From: Candidatus Cloacimonadota bacterium
GTDB taxonomy: Bacteria > Cloacimonadota > Cloacimonadia > G963667145
DNA: 64,000 bases
Assembly: GCA_963667255.1 (NCBI GenBank)
Contig: OY762940.1
Span: 1,344,001-1,408,000, forward strand
Direction: 5' to 3'
Below are positions 8,435-17,733 of this stretch, piece by piece. Position 1 is the first letter of the stretch. The number at the start of each line of letters is the position of its first letter. The notes below the pieces were generated by a model that was given only the letters and a program-made list of their open reading frames with translations, made no database searches and was not told the origin of the DNA. The position numbers were made by a program, and so were the translations under genes.

Positions 8435-10822
8435 TTATTTTTTTGTTACATAGTCAGCAATGTTGAATTTATCTTTTTCAGCAATTGCTTCCCAAACATT
8501 TTCAGCTTTTATAGGCAAATTAAGAAGTTCTATCCCCAAAGCATCTTTGAGTGCATTACCTATACCGGCAGCAACAGACACCATAGGTGGCTCTCCAATA
8601 CCTCTGGCACCATAAGGACCATCAAGTTGCGGAGTCTCTATCGGATAAAATTCCATCTCAAGAGGCATATCTTTGGAAGTAGGGATTTTGTTATCGGTGA
8701 AGTTAGGGTTCATCAAAACGCCTTTATCATTGTAGATGTAGCCTTCGCAAACACCTGTTCCCATTCCTTGGATAACAGCACCAAAAGTTTGACCTTTAGC
8801 ACAACCAAGATTGATAACCTTGCCCAAATCCATAGCAGTGGCAATCTTGCGGATAGTATATTCGCCTGATTCTGGGTCAGCTTCCACTATCACACCGTGA
8901 ACACCCATAGTCCAATCCAAAGCAGGATAGCCTTGTCCGGTAGTTTTTTCCAAGTTAGTAAGACCTTGAGCAATGTAGCTTCCCACACCAAACAAAGGAC
9001 CACCAATACCGTTTCCGTTAGGATAAGCATATCCAACAGACAGTTGTGCGAAAGTAACGAAAGATTTAGTGTGGTGTTTGATAAAAATTTTGCCGTCTTG
9101 GTGATCCAAGTCAACAACATCACATCTCAACACTTCAGCAGCAACCTTGTAAGCTTTAGCCAACAAATCATCAGCAGCTTTGATAGAAGCATTTCCACTC
9201 ATGAACAAACCTTTGGAAGCCACTGTTTGCCAATCGTATGGGTCGTGCTCAGTATCACAATAAAGTGTAACATTTACATCTTCATAAGGAATGCGAAGTC
9301 TCTCGGCAATCATTCCAGCCATAGCAGTGTAAGCACCTTGACCTATCTCGGTAAGAGTAAGGTTAGCGTTAACCGTTCCGTCTTCGTTCATTCTGATAGT
9401 AGTAGTAGAGCCAGTAAACGCAGGCATAGCAGGAGCTTTTTTGAATGTCACCATAGCTTTACCAATTTTCAAGCCTTTAGCCTCAGCAGCTTTTTCTTCA
9501 GCACTCAACTTACCATAACCGATAGCTTCCTTAACTGTCTCCATACATTTGCGGACATCACCAGAGTTAGCAGTAATCTCTTCGCCTGTAATAGTAGTAG
9601 AACCGGGTTTATACATATTCACTTTACGGAATTCATACGGGTCCATTTTCAATGCTTGTGCACATAAGTCCATATGCCTCTCAAGACCCCACGAAAACTC
9701 AACATGACCAAATCCTCTATAGGCTGTAGAATATGGCAAGTTGGTATAAACAGTGTAACCATCAAGCCAAGCATCAGGAATATGATAAGGACCGTTAGCT
9801 GAATAACCAGTCGCTCTAGTCACATTCACAGCATAATCGGCATAAGCTCCGGCATCCCAATAGAGAGTCATTTTTTGACCTAAAATCCTACCGTCCTTAG
9901 CAAGACCAGTTTTGATGTTATAAGTAAGACCAGTTCTTCTTGGCAACATATAAAACTCTTCTTCACGAGAAGCAACAAACTTAACAGGACGACCACCAGC
10001 TTTCTTGGAAAGGCAAGCCACGAGAGGCTCAATACCAACGCCAGCTTTACCACCAAATCCACCACCAACATTAGGAATGGTAACTTTGATTTTTGAATGA
10101 GGCAAATTAAAAGAGTTAGCCATCAAATTCCTAACAGTGAAAGCAGATTGAGCGGAAGACCAAATCTGAATATTGTCGTTGGTTTTCCATTGAACGATAG
10201 CAGCGTGAGTTTCCATCGGCACATGTTGCACTGCAGGATTAGTATATTCTCGTTCTACTATCAAGTCGGAATTTGCAAAAGCCTTGTCAACATCACCCTT
10301 TCTTGTTTTGGTGTGATTTGCGATATTAGTTCCCGGTTGAGGAGTAAAGCAAGGCTCAAAATAATCGTATTTGCCCAAATCAGGATGGATAACAGGAGCA
10401 TCTTTTTTGAGAGCGTCTTTAACATTCAGGACAGGTGTCAACTCTTTGTATTCAACTTCGATAAGGTCAATAGCTTTTTGAGCAGTCTTCAAATCATCCG
10501 CAGCTACAGCTGCTACAGCCTCGCCATAGTGTCTAACAAAATCTTTGGCAATAACATCTTTATCTACCAAGTAGAGACCAATTTTGTAACTCAGCTCTTT
10601 ACCGGTCAAAATGCCTCTTACTCCAGGCAAAGCCTCAGCTTTGCTCGTGTCTATTTTCAAAATCTTTGCACTTGCATAAGGACTAACTTTTACCAAGCCA
10701 TGAAGCATACCCGGAACTACCATATCGGTAACATAAAGAGCCTCGCCAGAAATCTTGGCAACGGTGTCTTTACGCGGGATATTTTTACCTACATACTTGA
10801 GATTTTTATCATTTTCGTACAT
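8435..10822 (-). CDS. Xanthine dehydrogenase-family molybdopterin-binding subunit
   Basis: QHVPMETH, VGGGFGGK, TAYRGFG, EIGQG and GPYGARGIGEPP. Confidence 0.9.
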   Translation of the reverse strand: MYENDKNLKYVGKNIPRKDTVAKISGEALYVTDMVVPGMLHGLVKVSPYASAKILKIDTSKAEALPGVRGILTGKELSYKIGLYLVDKDVIAKDFVRHYGEAVAAVAADDLKTAQKAIDLIEVEYKELTPVLNVKDALKKDAPVIHPDLGKYDYFEPCFTPQPGTNIANHTKTRKGDVDKAFANSDLIVEREYTNPAVQHVPMETHAAIVQWKTNDNIQIWSSAQSAFTVRNLMANSFNLPHSKIKVTIPNVGGGFGGKAGVGIEPLVACLSKKAGGRPVKFVASREEEFYMLPRRTGLTYNIKTGLAKDGRILGQKMTLYWDAGAYADYAVNVTRATGYSANGPYHIPDAWLDGYTVYTNLPYSTAYRGFGHVEFSWGLERHMDLCAQALKMDPYEFRKVNMYKPGSTTITGEEITANSGDVRKCMETVKEAIGYGKLSAEEKAAEAKGLKIGKAMVTFKKAPAMPAFTGSTTTIRMNEDGTVNANLTLTEIGQGAYTAMAGMIAERLRIPYEDVNVTLYCDTEHDPYDWQTVASKGLFMSGNASIKAADDLLAKAYKVAAEVLRCDVVDLDHQDGKIFIKHHTKSFVTFAQLSVGYAYPNGNGIGGPLFGVGSYIAQGLTNLEKTTGQGYPALDWTMGVHGVIVEADPESGEYTIRKIATAMDLGKVINLGCAKGQTFGAVIQGMGTGVCEGYIYNDKGVLMNPNFTDNKIPTSKDMPLEMEFYPIETPQLDGPYGARGIGEPPMVSVAAGIGNALKDALGIELLNLPIKAENVWEAIAEKDKFNIADYVTKK

Positions 10823-10841
10823 AACAATATTCTCCCTTTTC

Positions 10842-11309
10842 CTATTTATCCAACTGTCCAGTTACATCCAAAACAGCGTCTATAATTTGACTATATCCGG
10901 TACAACGACAGAAGTTTCCTTCAATTTGTTCCTTAATTTGGTCAACAGACGGCTTTGAATTACGAAGCAAAAGCTCTTTTACAGACATTATCATTCCGGC
11001 TGTGCAATATCCACATTGAACAGCTTGATGCTTTTGGAAAGCCTTTTGCAACTCAGACAATTCCCCGTTTTTAGACTCATTTTCCAAAGTAATAATCTCA
11101 GCACCATCAGCCTCAGCAGCGAAAACAAGACATGCATTAACAACTCTGCCATTCATAAAAATAGTGCAAGCTCCGCACTCCCCAGCACCACAACCCTCTT
11201 TGGCAGCAGTAAACCCAAGATCTTCTCTCAAAAAGTGCAATAGAATGCGACTATCGGCTACATCTTTGGTATATAAATCACCATTAATTTTTACAGAAAT
11301 AGTTTTCAT
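10842..11309 (-). CDS. XDH-family 2x[2Fe-2S] subunit
   Basis: KEGCGAGECGACT, QCGYCTAG and GNFCRCTGY. Confidence 0.92.
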   Translation of the reverse strand: MKTISVKINGDLYTKDVADSRILLHFLREDLGFTAAKEGCGAGECGACTIFMNGRVVNACLVFAAEADGAEIITLENESKNGELSELQKAFQKHQAVQCGYCTAGMIMSVKELLLRNSKPSVDQIKEQIEGNFCRCTGYSQIIDAVLDVTGQLDK

Positions 11310-12118
11310 TATGCAATCTCCTTCATAATATCTTTAGCATATTTCTTAGCCATAAACATCCTATACTCTTTGCTACAACGAACATCATCAATAGGAGATA
11401 TTTTACTTGAGATTTCATCCAACACCTTATCAGCCTTGGTATCAGCAGAATATTTGCCAACCAACACGGGTGTCGGAGCAGCAGCATTCACTGACACAGC
11501 AAGGAAATCTTTACCTTTGGCAATAGCCACACCAAGCAAAGACAAGTCGTGTCCTTTAATTCTGGTAAGTTTCTTATAATCGCCTTTAGCATTTGCACTG
11601 CTTGCAGGCACGATAATCTCTTTAGCCCACTCATTAGGTGTAATCACGGTCTTCTTAACGCCAGTGAAAAAATCTTTCAAAGGAACAACTCTTTCGCCTT
11701 TCTTGCTAACCAATTTAATAGAGGCATCCAAAACCAAGAACACAGGAGGCAAATCACCAGATGGAGAGGCATTAACCACATTACCTATAACAGTAGCCCT
11801 GTTACGAAGTTGATGAGAAGCCAAAGCATGACACGCATTAGCCAAAATAGGATATTTCTCTTTCACAACTTTGTTTTCCAACAGCTCGTTAACGGTAGCA
11901 CCTGCACCAATAACCAACCCTTTATCAGAAAATTCAATCTTATTGCAACCGGCTATTTTTTTAAAGTCGATAACAGCAGCAGGCTTTTTGAGCCCTGCCC
12001 TCATGTTCACTATCAAATCCGTTCCACCGCCCAAAATAACTGCATCATTAATATCGGCTAAAAGATTCAAAAGTTCACTTTCTGATTTTGGGGCATAATA
12101 ATCAAAATCAAACTTCAT
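11309..12118 (-). CDS. XDH-family FAD-binding subunit
   Basis: LGGGTDL, IGAGAT, QLRNRATVIGN and PIDDVR. Confidence 0.9.
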   Translation of the reverse strand: MKFDFDYYAPKSESELLNLLADINDAVILGGGTDLIVNMRAGLKKPAAVIDFKKIAGCNKIEFSDKGLVIGAGATVNELLENKVVKEKYPILANACHALASHQLRNRATVIGNVVNASPSGDLPPVFLVLDASIKLVSKKGERVVPLKDFFTGVKKTVITPNEWAKEIIVPASSANAKGDYKKLTRIKGHDLSLLGVAIAKGKDFLAVSVNAAAPTPVLVGKYSADTKADKVLDEISSKISPIDDVRCSKEYRMFMAKKYAKDIMKEIA

Positions 12119-12149
12119 TACTAACTCCTAATTTTTAATTTAAACTCAA

Positions 12150-13694
12150 TTAAAGCGGAATATTACCATGCTTTTTAGCAGGCAACTCAGCTTTTTTGTT
12201 TGCTAATTGCTCCAAAGTTTTGATAAGATAGTGTCTTGTATCAGCAGGAAGAATAACTCCATCAATATAAGATTTGGAAGCTGCATCATAAGGATTGGCA
12301 AACATCTCTTGATATTCTGCTTCTTTCTCAGCCAAGAACGCTTTAGGATCTTCTTGATCCTTGGAAGCTCTTCTAAATAAAATTTCCACAGCTCCCTTAG
12401 AACCCATAACAGCAATCTCGGCAGAAGGCCAAGCAATCACTCTGTCGGCATAAAGATGGCGAGAATTCATCACGATATACGCTCCACCATAAGCCTTTCG
12501 CAAAATAAGTGTGATTTTGGGAACAGTAGCCTCAGAGAACGCATACATCAGCTTAGCACCATTTCTGATAATGCCATTATGCTCTTGTGTAGAGCCTGGC
12601 ATAAATCCCGGAACATCCTCAAAAACTACAAGCGGGATATTAAAGCTATCGCAGAATCTCACAAATCTAGCAGCTTTTACAGATGCGTTGATATCCAAGC
12701 AACCAGCCAAGAATGCAGGTTGGTTAGCCACGATGCCAACTGTTTTCCCATTCATACGAGCGTAACCGATAACTATATTTCTTGCGTAATCTTTGGAAAC
12801 CTCAAAAAACTCACCTTCGTCAACAATTTCAGTTATAACATCTTTGATGTCATAACCTTTATTGATGTTATCGGGGATAATATCCTCAAGACCAACATTT
12901 TCCCTATCAATTGGGTCAGTGCATTCATACTCTGGAGGATTATCCTCAAAGCTGGAAGGAATATAGCTAAGCAAATACTTGATATGGTCCAAAGTATCTT
13001 GCTCCCCTTCTCCTTTGAAATGAGCAACACCAGATTTTTGCATATGAACATCGGCTCCACCCAAATTTTCGGTAGTAATATCTTCAAAAAGGACAGTTTT
13101 TACAACTTTAGGACCTGTAATAAACATAAAAGAATTTTCGTTGTTCATGAGGACAAAGTCGGTAATAGCCGGAGAATAAACGGCTCCACCTGCACACGGA
13201 CCCAAAATCGCTGAAATCTGAGGAATTACTCCGGAAGCCATTACATTGCGAACAAAAATTTCGCCAAAACCGGCCAAAGAATCAATACCTTCTTGCACTC
13301 TGGCTCCACCAGAATCCAATAGACCTATTACCGGTGCTCCAACCTTCATAGCCTCGTCCATAACCTTACAAATTTTGTCGGCATGAACCTTAGATAAAGA
13401 CCCACCGTTTACGGTAAAATCTTGTGCAAACAAATAAACGAGACGACCATCTATTTCCCCTGAACCTGTAACAACGCTATCCCCAATAGTCTTGTCATTC
13501 TCCATTCCAAAATTGTGACAATTATGTGTCACAAACATATCCATTTCGGAAAAACTACCCTCGTCCAAAAGATAGTCTATACGCTCTCTCGCTGTCCACT
13601 TACCTTTCTCATGTTGATCATCAATTCTTTTTTGACCACCACCAAGGTGTGCTTGAGCAATTTTCTCTTGTAAAGCCTGGATTTTTTCTTTCAT
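12150..13694 (-). CDS. Acyl-CoA carboxyltransferase (methylmalonyl-CoA decarboxylase alpha / PccB-like)
   Basis: [44 protein letters not shown] and C-terminal KKHGNIPL. Confidence 0.9.
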   Translation of the reverse strand: MKEKIQALQEKIAQAHLGGGQKRIDDQHEKGKWTARERIDYLLDEGSFSEMDMFVTHNCHNFGMENDKTIGDSVVTGSGEIDGRLVYLFAQDFTVNGGSLSKVHADKICKVMDEAMKVGAPVIGLLDSGGARVQEGIDSLAGFGEIFVRNVMASGVIPQISAILGPCAGGAVYSPAITDFVLMNNENSFMFITGPKVVKTVLFEDITTENLGGADVHMQKSGVAHFKGEGEQDTLDHIKYLLSYIPSSFEDNPPEYECTDPIDRENVGLEDIIPDNINKGYDIKDVITEIVDEGEFFEVSKDYARNIVIGYARMNGKTVGIVANQPAFLAGCLDINASVKAARFVRFCDSFNIPLVVFEDVPGFMPGSTQEHNGIIRNGAKLMYAFSEATVPKITLILRKAYGGAYIVMNSRHLYADRVIAWPSAEIAVMGSKGAVEILFRRASKDQEDPKAFLAEKEAEYQEMFANPYDAASKSYIDGVILPADTRHYLIKTLEQLANKKAELPAKKHGNIPL

Positions 13695-13880
13695 TATTTT
13701 ACTCCTGAATAAATTGAATCTATTCTAAGCTCCCAACTCTCCAACCACAAGCCATATGTTTCTCAAATCCAGAAAAGAGATAACAACAAGCCTCGCTCAT
13801 TTCCAATGCCCATAGAGCAAACACCCAAACCATCTTAGCTCCACCTTTTCAGTCAATAAATTTTTAGGTTTTTTTAGAAT

Positions 13881-13906
13881 TTAATTGTTAAATTAATGAC
13901 AATTAA
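13881..13906. promoter_or_regulatory. Dyad-symmetric operator candidate (Rex-like)
   Basis: TTAATTGT-N10-ACAATTAA; the core TTGTTAA-ATTA-ATGACAA resembles Rex TTGTGAA-n4-TTCACAA. Confidence 0.4.
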
Positions 13907-13966
13907 TTTTGCTTTCTCTCCTTTTCTCAATAAAATACACACATTGTAAAAAATTGTAGAAATAAC

Positions 13967-13997
13967 AAAAGCTATCCCAAATTTTGAGATAGCTTTT
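13967..13997 (-). terminator. Intrinsic terminator
   Basis: AAAAGCTATC...GATAGCTTTT hairpin just after the Mo-subunit stop. Confidence 0.75.
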
Positions 13998-14006
13998 AGT
14001 CAAAAT

Positions 14007-16343
14007 TTACCTATTTTTCATTCCCAACAAAATCTTTTCGGGGAAAAGTGGAAGAGTTTTTATTCGCACTCCTGTTGCTTTGTAAATTGCATTGGCAATC
14101 GCTGCCATAGGTGTATCCACTCCGATTTCTCCTATGGATTTTGCTCCGTAAGGACCTGTCGGGTCGTAAGATTCGGCAAACTCAACGGTAATTTTGGGCA
14201 CTTCCTTTCTGGCTGGCAATTTGTAGTTGAAAAGATTATTGGTAATCATCTGTCCACCTGCGGAATAAACCACATCTTCGTAGCAAGCCATTCCTATTCC
14301 TTGCACCAGTCCGCCCTCGCCTTGCACTTGCACCAAAGACGGATTGATAATTCCTCCGCAATCGATAGTCGCAAAATAATCATTTATGTTATAATGACCA
14401 GTAGATTTATCTATCGTAATATCAGCAATAGCAACCATATACGGCGGAGGTGAAACCTCTGGCACAAAAGACTCGCAAACCATCAATTGCTCTTGACCAC
14501 CACACATTTTGTAGAACATATCCGAACTAAACTCTTCGATGGAAATCGAATTTTTGCCGTCAGCCGACTTGATGAATTGTCCGTCAAACTCCACATTTTT
14601 CGGCTCAATATTCCATAAAGATGCGACTTTACTTTCGATTTTCGCTTTCATAGCTTTAGCAGCTTTGATGACCGCATTGCCGGTAACATAAGTGGTTTTG
14701 GAAGCATAAGCTCCCGGGTCAAAAGGAGTTGTGTCCGTATCGGAAGAGTAAACGATTATTTTGGAAACATCAACATTCAAAACATCGGCGGCAATTTGGC
14801 TCAAAATCGTGTCCGAGCCTTGCCCGATTTCCGTAGCACCGATGAGAAGATTGAAAAATCCGTCGTCATTCAATTTGAGAACCGCCGAAGCCATATCGAT
14901 ATCTTGAATGCCCGAACCTTGCATGGCAATCGCCATTCCTTGAGCTCGCACCTTGTTATCGCCAAGGTCAATCACCTGACTTTCATCGTTCCACTTAGCA
15001 AGCTCTTTGGTCCTTTTCATGCAATAATCAAGTTTACAAGACTCAATATTCATCGCTTTGCCTTCCGTTCCTTCTCCCATCAGTTTGAACAAAGGCGAAG
15101 TTTGTCCCTCTTTTATCATATTGATTTCACGGATTTTAGCTGGAGAAACTCCGACTTTTTCCGCCAAAATATCCATCATAGATTCCAAAGCAAAATTGCC
15201 TTGCATCGCTCCATAACCGCGATAAGCTCCGCCTGGAGTTTTGTTTGTATAGACAACCTTTCCGCCAAATTTAACCGCTTTGCTTTGCCCTTCCACGATA
15301 TAAAGAGGCAAGGTTTTCCCACCGGCAAGCATAAACACGGTGAGAGCATGTTCGCCGTAAGCTCCTGTATTGGACAAAACATTCATATCTATGGCATTGA
15401 TAGAGCCGTCTTTATTCGCTCCAATTTTCACCTTAATTCGCATTTGATGTCGCGAGAATGTGGACTCAAAAACCTCTTTTCTGCTAAAATTGCAAATTGC
15501 GGATTTTCCTGTTCTGAGAGTGGTGAGGCATGCAAGCATTTCGCCGTGAATTTGTTGTTTTCCGCCATAGCCTCCGCCAACTTTGGGTTTGTGGACTCTT
15601 ATCCGAGAGCGGTCAAATCCCAAGGCTTTGGAGATAATCCGTCTGATATGATGAGGAACTTGGGTGGAACTGATGACATTGAGCCGCTCATGTCCGTCCA
15701 TATAAGTGTAGCAATTGTGGGTCTCGGCACAATAGTGAGCCTGTGCTTGAGTGTAAAAAGTGTCTTCGACAACTATCTCGCTTTTGGACATTTCCAAATC
15801 GGTATCGCCATCTTCGCAAGAGTAAGAACAAGCCAAATTGTTTTTGGGGTCAAAGCCTATGGGAAACATCTCGTGAGCTTCCGGCTCAGGGTGAATAACA
15901 CTTTTATGACCTTCTGCTTTTTCAAAATCAAGAACCGGCTCCAGCACCTCAAACTCCACTTTGATAGCTTTGATAGCCTCTTTCGCCGTTCTGGCATCTA
16001 CAGCCGCCACCGCCAACACCTCATCGCCCACATATCTAACATATTCGTCCAAGATAAATTTATCGTGAGGAGACGGCTCAGGGAAGCCTTGCCCTGCACG
16101 AGTGTAAATGGTTCTGGGGACATCGGCATCCAAATGAGTGATGATTGTTGCCACACCTTCCATCTTTTCCGCAACAGATTTATTGATAGATTTTATCCGT
16201 GCAAAAGGATGAGGCGACCTCATAATCTTGACCACCAAAGCATCGGGATCTCGCATCGCCATATCGTTGGTATAGAGAGGTTTACCTTTTATCATTCCTT
16301 CGCCGTCTTTTTTGGGAACGGCAATTCCGACAACTTTACTCAT
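14007..16343 (-). CDS. XDH-family molybdopterin-binding subunit, XdhD(YgfN)-like
   Basis: STQVPH, VGGGYGGKQ, GAYRGYG, FDPGAYAS and GPYGAKSIGE. Start reassigned to the ATG at 16343 (ATGA overlap with the upstream stop). Confidence 0.88.
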   Translation of the reverse strand: MSKVVGIAVPKKDGEGMIKGKPLYTNDMAMRDPDALVVKIMRSPHPFARIKSINKSVAEKMEGVATIITHLDADVPRTIYTRAGQGFPEPSPHDKFILDEYVRYVGDEVLAVAAVDARTAKEAIKAIKVEFEVLEPVLDFEKAEGHKSVIHPEPEAHEMFPIGFDPKNNLACSYSCEDGDTDLEMSKSEIVVEDTFYTQAQAHYCAETHNCYTYMDGHERLNVISSTQVPHHIRRIISKALGFDRSRIRVHKPKVGGGYGGKQQIHGEMLACLTTLRTGKSAICNFSRKEVFESTFSRHQMRIKVKIGANKDGSINAIDMNVLSNTGAYGEHALTVFMLAGGKTLPLYIVEGQSKAVKFGGKVVYTNKTPGGAYRGYGAMQGNFALESMMDILAEKVGVSPAKIREINMIKEGQTSPLFKLMGEGTEGKAMNIESCKLDYCMKRTKELAKWNDESQVIDLGDNKVRAQGMAIAMQGSGIQDIDMASAVLKLNDDGFFNLLIGATEIGQGSDTILSQIAADVLNVDVSKIIVYSSDTDTTPFDPGAYASKTTYVTGNAVIKAAKAMKAKIESKVASLWNIEPKNVEFDGQFIKSADGKNSISIEEFSSDMFYKMCGGQEQLMVCESFVPEVSPPPYMVAIADITIDKSTGHYNINDYFATIDCGGIINPSLVQVQGEGGLVQGIGMACYEDVVYSAGGQMITNNLFNYKLPARKEVPKITVEFAESYDPTGPYGAKSIGEIGVDTPMAAIANAIYKATGVRIKTLPLFPEKILLGMKNR

Positions 16344-16795
16344 TTCAAACCTCCCAAAAATGTTTTTATGGCTCGCATTTGGCTCATATAACCTGAACAA
16401 CGACAAACATTTCCGTTGATATAATGTCTGATTTGCTCATCGCTCAAATCCGTTCCAAGCTCTTTTATCATCGCATAAACGGTCACCGCCAAAGCAGAAT
16501 CACAATATCCGCATTGGATAGCACCCTCTTGGTTCATCGCTTTAAAAAACTCCGCCACTTCGTCTTTGATGCCCTCAACTGTGGTAATCGCTTTCCCTTG
16601 AGCACGAGCAGCCAAAAACGAACAGGAAAGAATCGGCTTGCCGTCCAACAAAACCGTGCACATAGCACAAGAAGAGGAGTCGCAACTTCTTTTCACACTG
16701 GCAATGCCGTTATTTCGCAAAACATCTAAAAGATATTCGTCTTCTTTTATGAGGTAAGATTTCGGCTCTCCATTCAAAATAAGGTCTAATTTCAT
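16340..16795 (-). CDS. XDH-family [2Fe-2S] subunit
   Basis: CDSSSCAMCT, QCGYC and GNVCRCSGY. Confidence 0.88.
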   Translation of the reverse strand: MKLDLILNGEPKSYLIKEDEYLLDVLRNNGIASVKRSCDSSSCAMCTVLLDGKPILSCSFLAARAQGKAITTVEGIKDEVAEFFKAMNQEGAIQCGYCDSALAVTVYAMIKELGTDLSDEQIRHYINGNVCRCSGYMSQMRAIKTFLGGLK

Positions 16796-17562
16796 TTGCT
16801 CACCTCCAAAATTGCTTTTTCTATCAAACTGCCTGCAAGTGCCTTGCGATACTCTCCGCTACCTCTGACATCTTTGCCAAACTGAATTTCCTCCACCGCA
16901 ACTTTGGCAGCAGTCAAAATATCTCCGCTCTCGGCAAATTTCTTTTCAGCCAACTTTGCTCGAACGGCAATTTGCGGTCTGGCACCCACACTAATATTTA
17001 TCTCTTTGCCTTTTTTGGCAGTGCAAACATTCAAAACCGCAATGTCCAGCGAAGTGTGTTGCAAAAGCTGAAAACTGACTTTATCAAAATTATCCTCGAC
17101 AACAATCTTTTCCAACAACTCTTTTTCAACCTTATTTTCAATAAAATCCAGCAGAGAAACGATTTTTCCTGAAGCAAAAACCAGTTTGGCATCCAAGCCC
17201 AACAAAACAGTAATCAAATTGGAAAATCCGTGTTTTGCCATAACTGCTCCGCCGATAGTCGCCAAGTTTCTAAACTGAACTCCCAAAATATGGGAAGCGG
17301 CAATGCTCAAAGCACCATCAAAATAGCTTGCGGTCTCCAACTCAATTTTTCGCAAAGGAGTAGTTGCTCCTATCTCCACACTATCACCGTTTTTTTTGAT
17401 AAAGTCCAATCCTAACTCGGACAAATCCACGACTTTTCGGCATTTGGCTTTTGCAAGTCGCAAAAAAAGTCCACCAGAAACAGGAACACTGCCAACTTCA
17501 GTCAGCAATTCACAAGCCTCCGACAGACTCTTTGGGATTGCAATTTCTTCGAATCTAAACAT
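16792..17562 (-). CDS. XDH-family FAD-binding subunit, YgfM-like
   Basis: VDLSELGLDFI, IGATT, QFRNLATIGG and DVRGSGEYR. Confidence 0.85.
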   Translation of the reverse strand: MFRFEEIAIPKSLSEACELLTEVGSVPVSGGLFLRLAKAKCRKVVDLSELGLDFIKKNGDSVEIGATTPLRKIELETASYFDGALSIAASHILGVQFRNLATIGGAVMAKHGFSNLITVLLGLDAKLVFASGKIVSLLDFIENKVEKELLEKIVVEDNFDKVSFQLLQHTSLDIAVLNVCTAKKGKEINISVGARPQIAVRAKLAEKKFAESGDILTAAKVAVEEIQFGKDVRGSGEYRKALAGSLIEKAILEVSK

Positions 17563-17650
17563 TCAATCCTCCAAAAAAATTTAATATGTTGTATCTCTAC
17601 GATTGCTTAAAATTTATGTCAAACTCTTTTGTGACCTTTTGTTATTAAAT

Positions 17651-17686
17651 AAAAAAGCATCAGGTCAAATCAGACCTAATGCTTTT
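17651..17686 (-). terminator. Intrinsic terminator after thiolase
   Basis: AAAAGCAT-AGGTC...GACCT-ATGCTTTT hairpin with a T-tract on the minus strand. Confidence 0.7.
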
Positions 17687-17733
17687 ATAATTTTCTAAGT
17701 AAAACTAACTATCAATTTAGATTTTCAGTTCTC

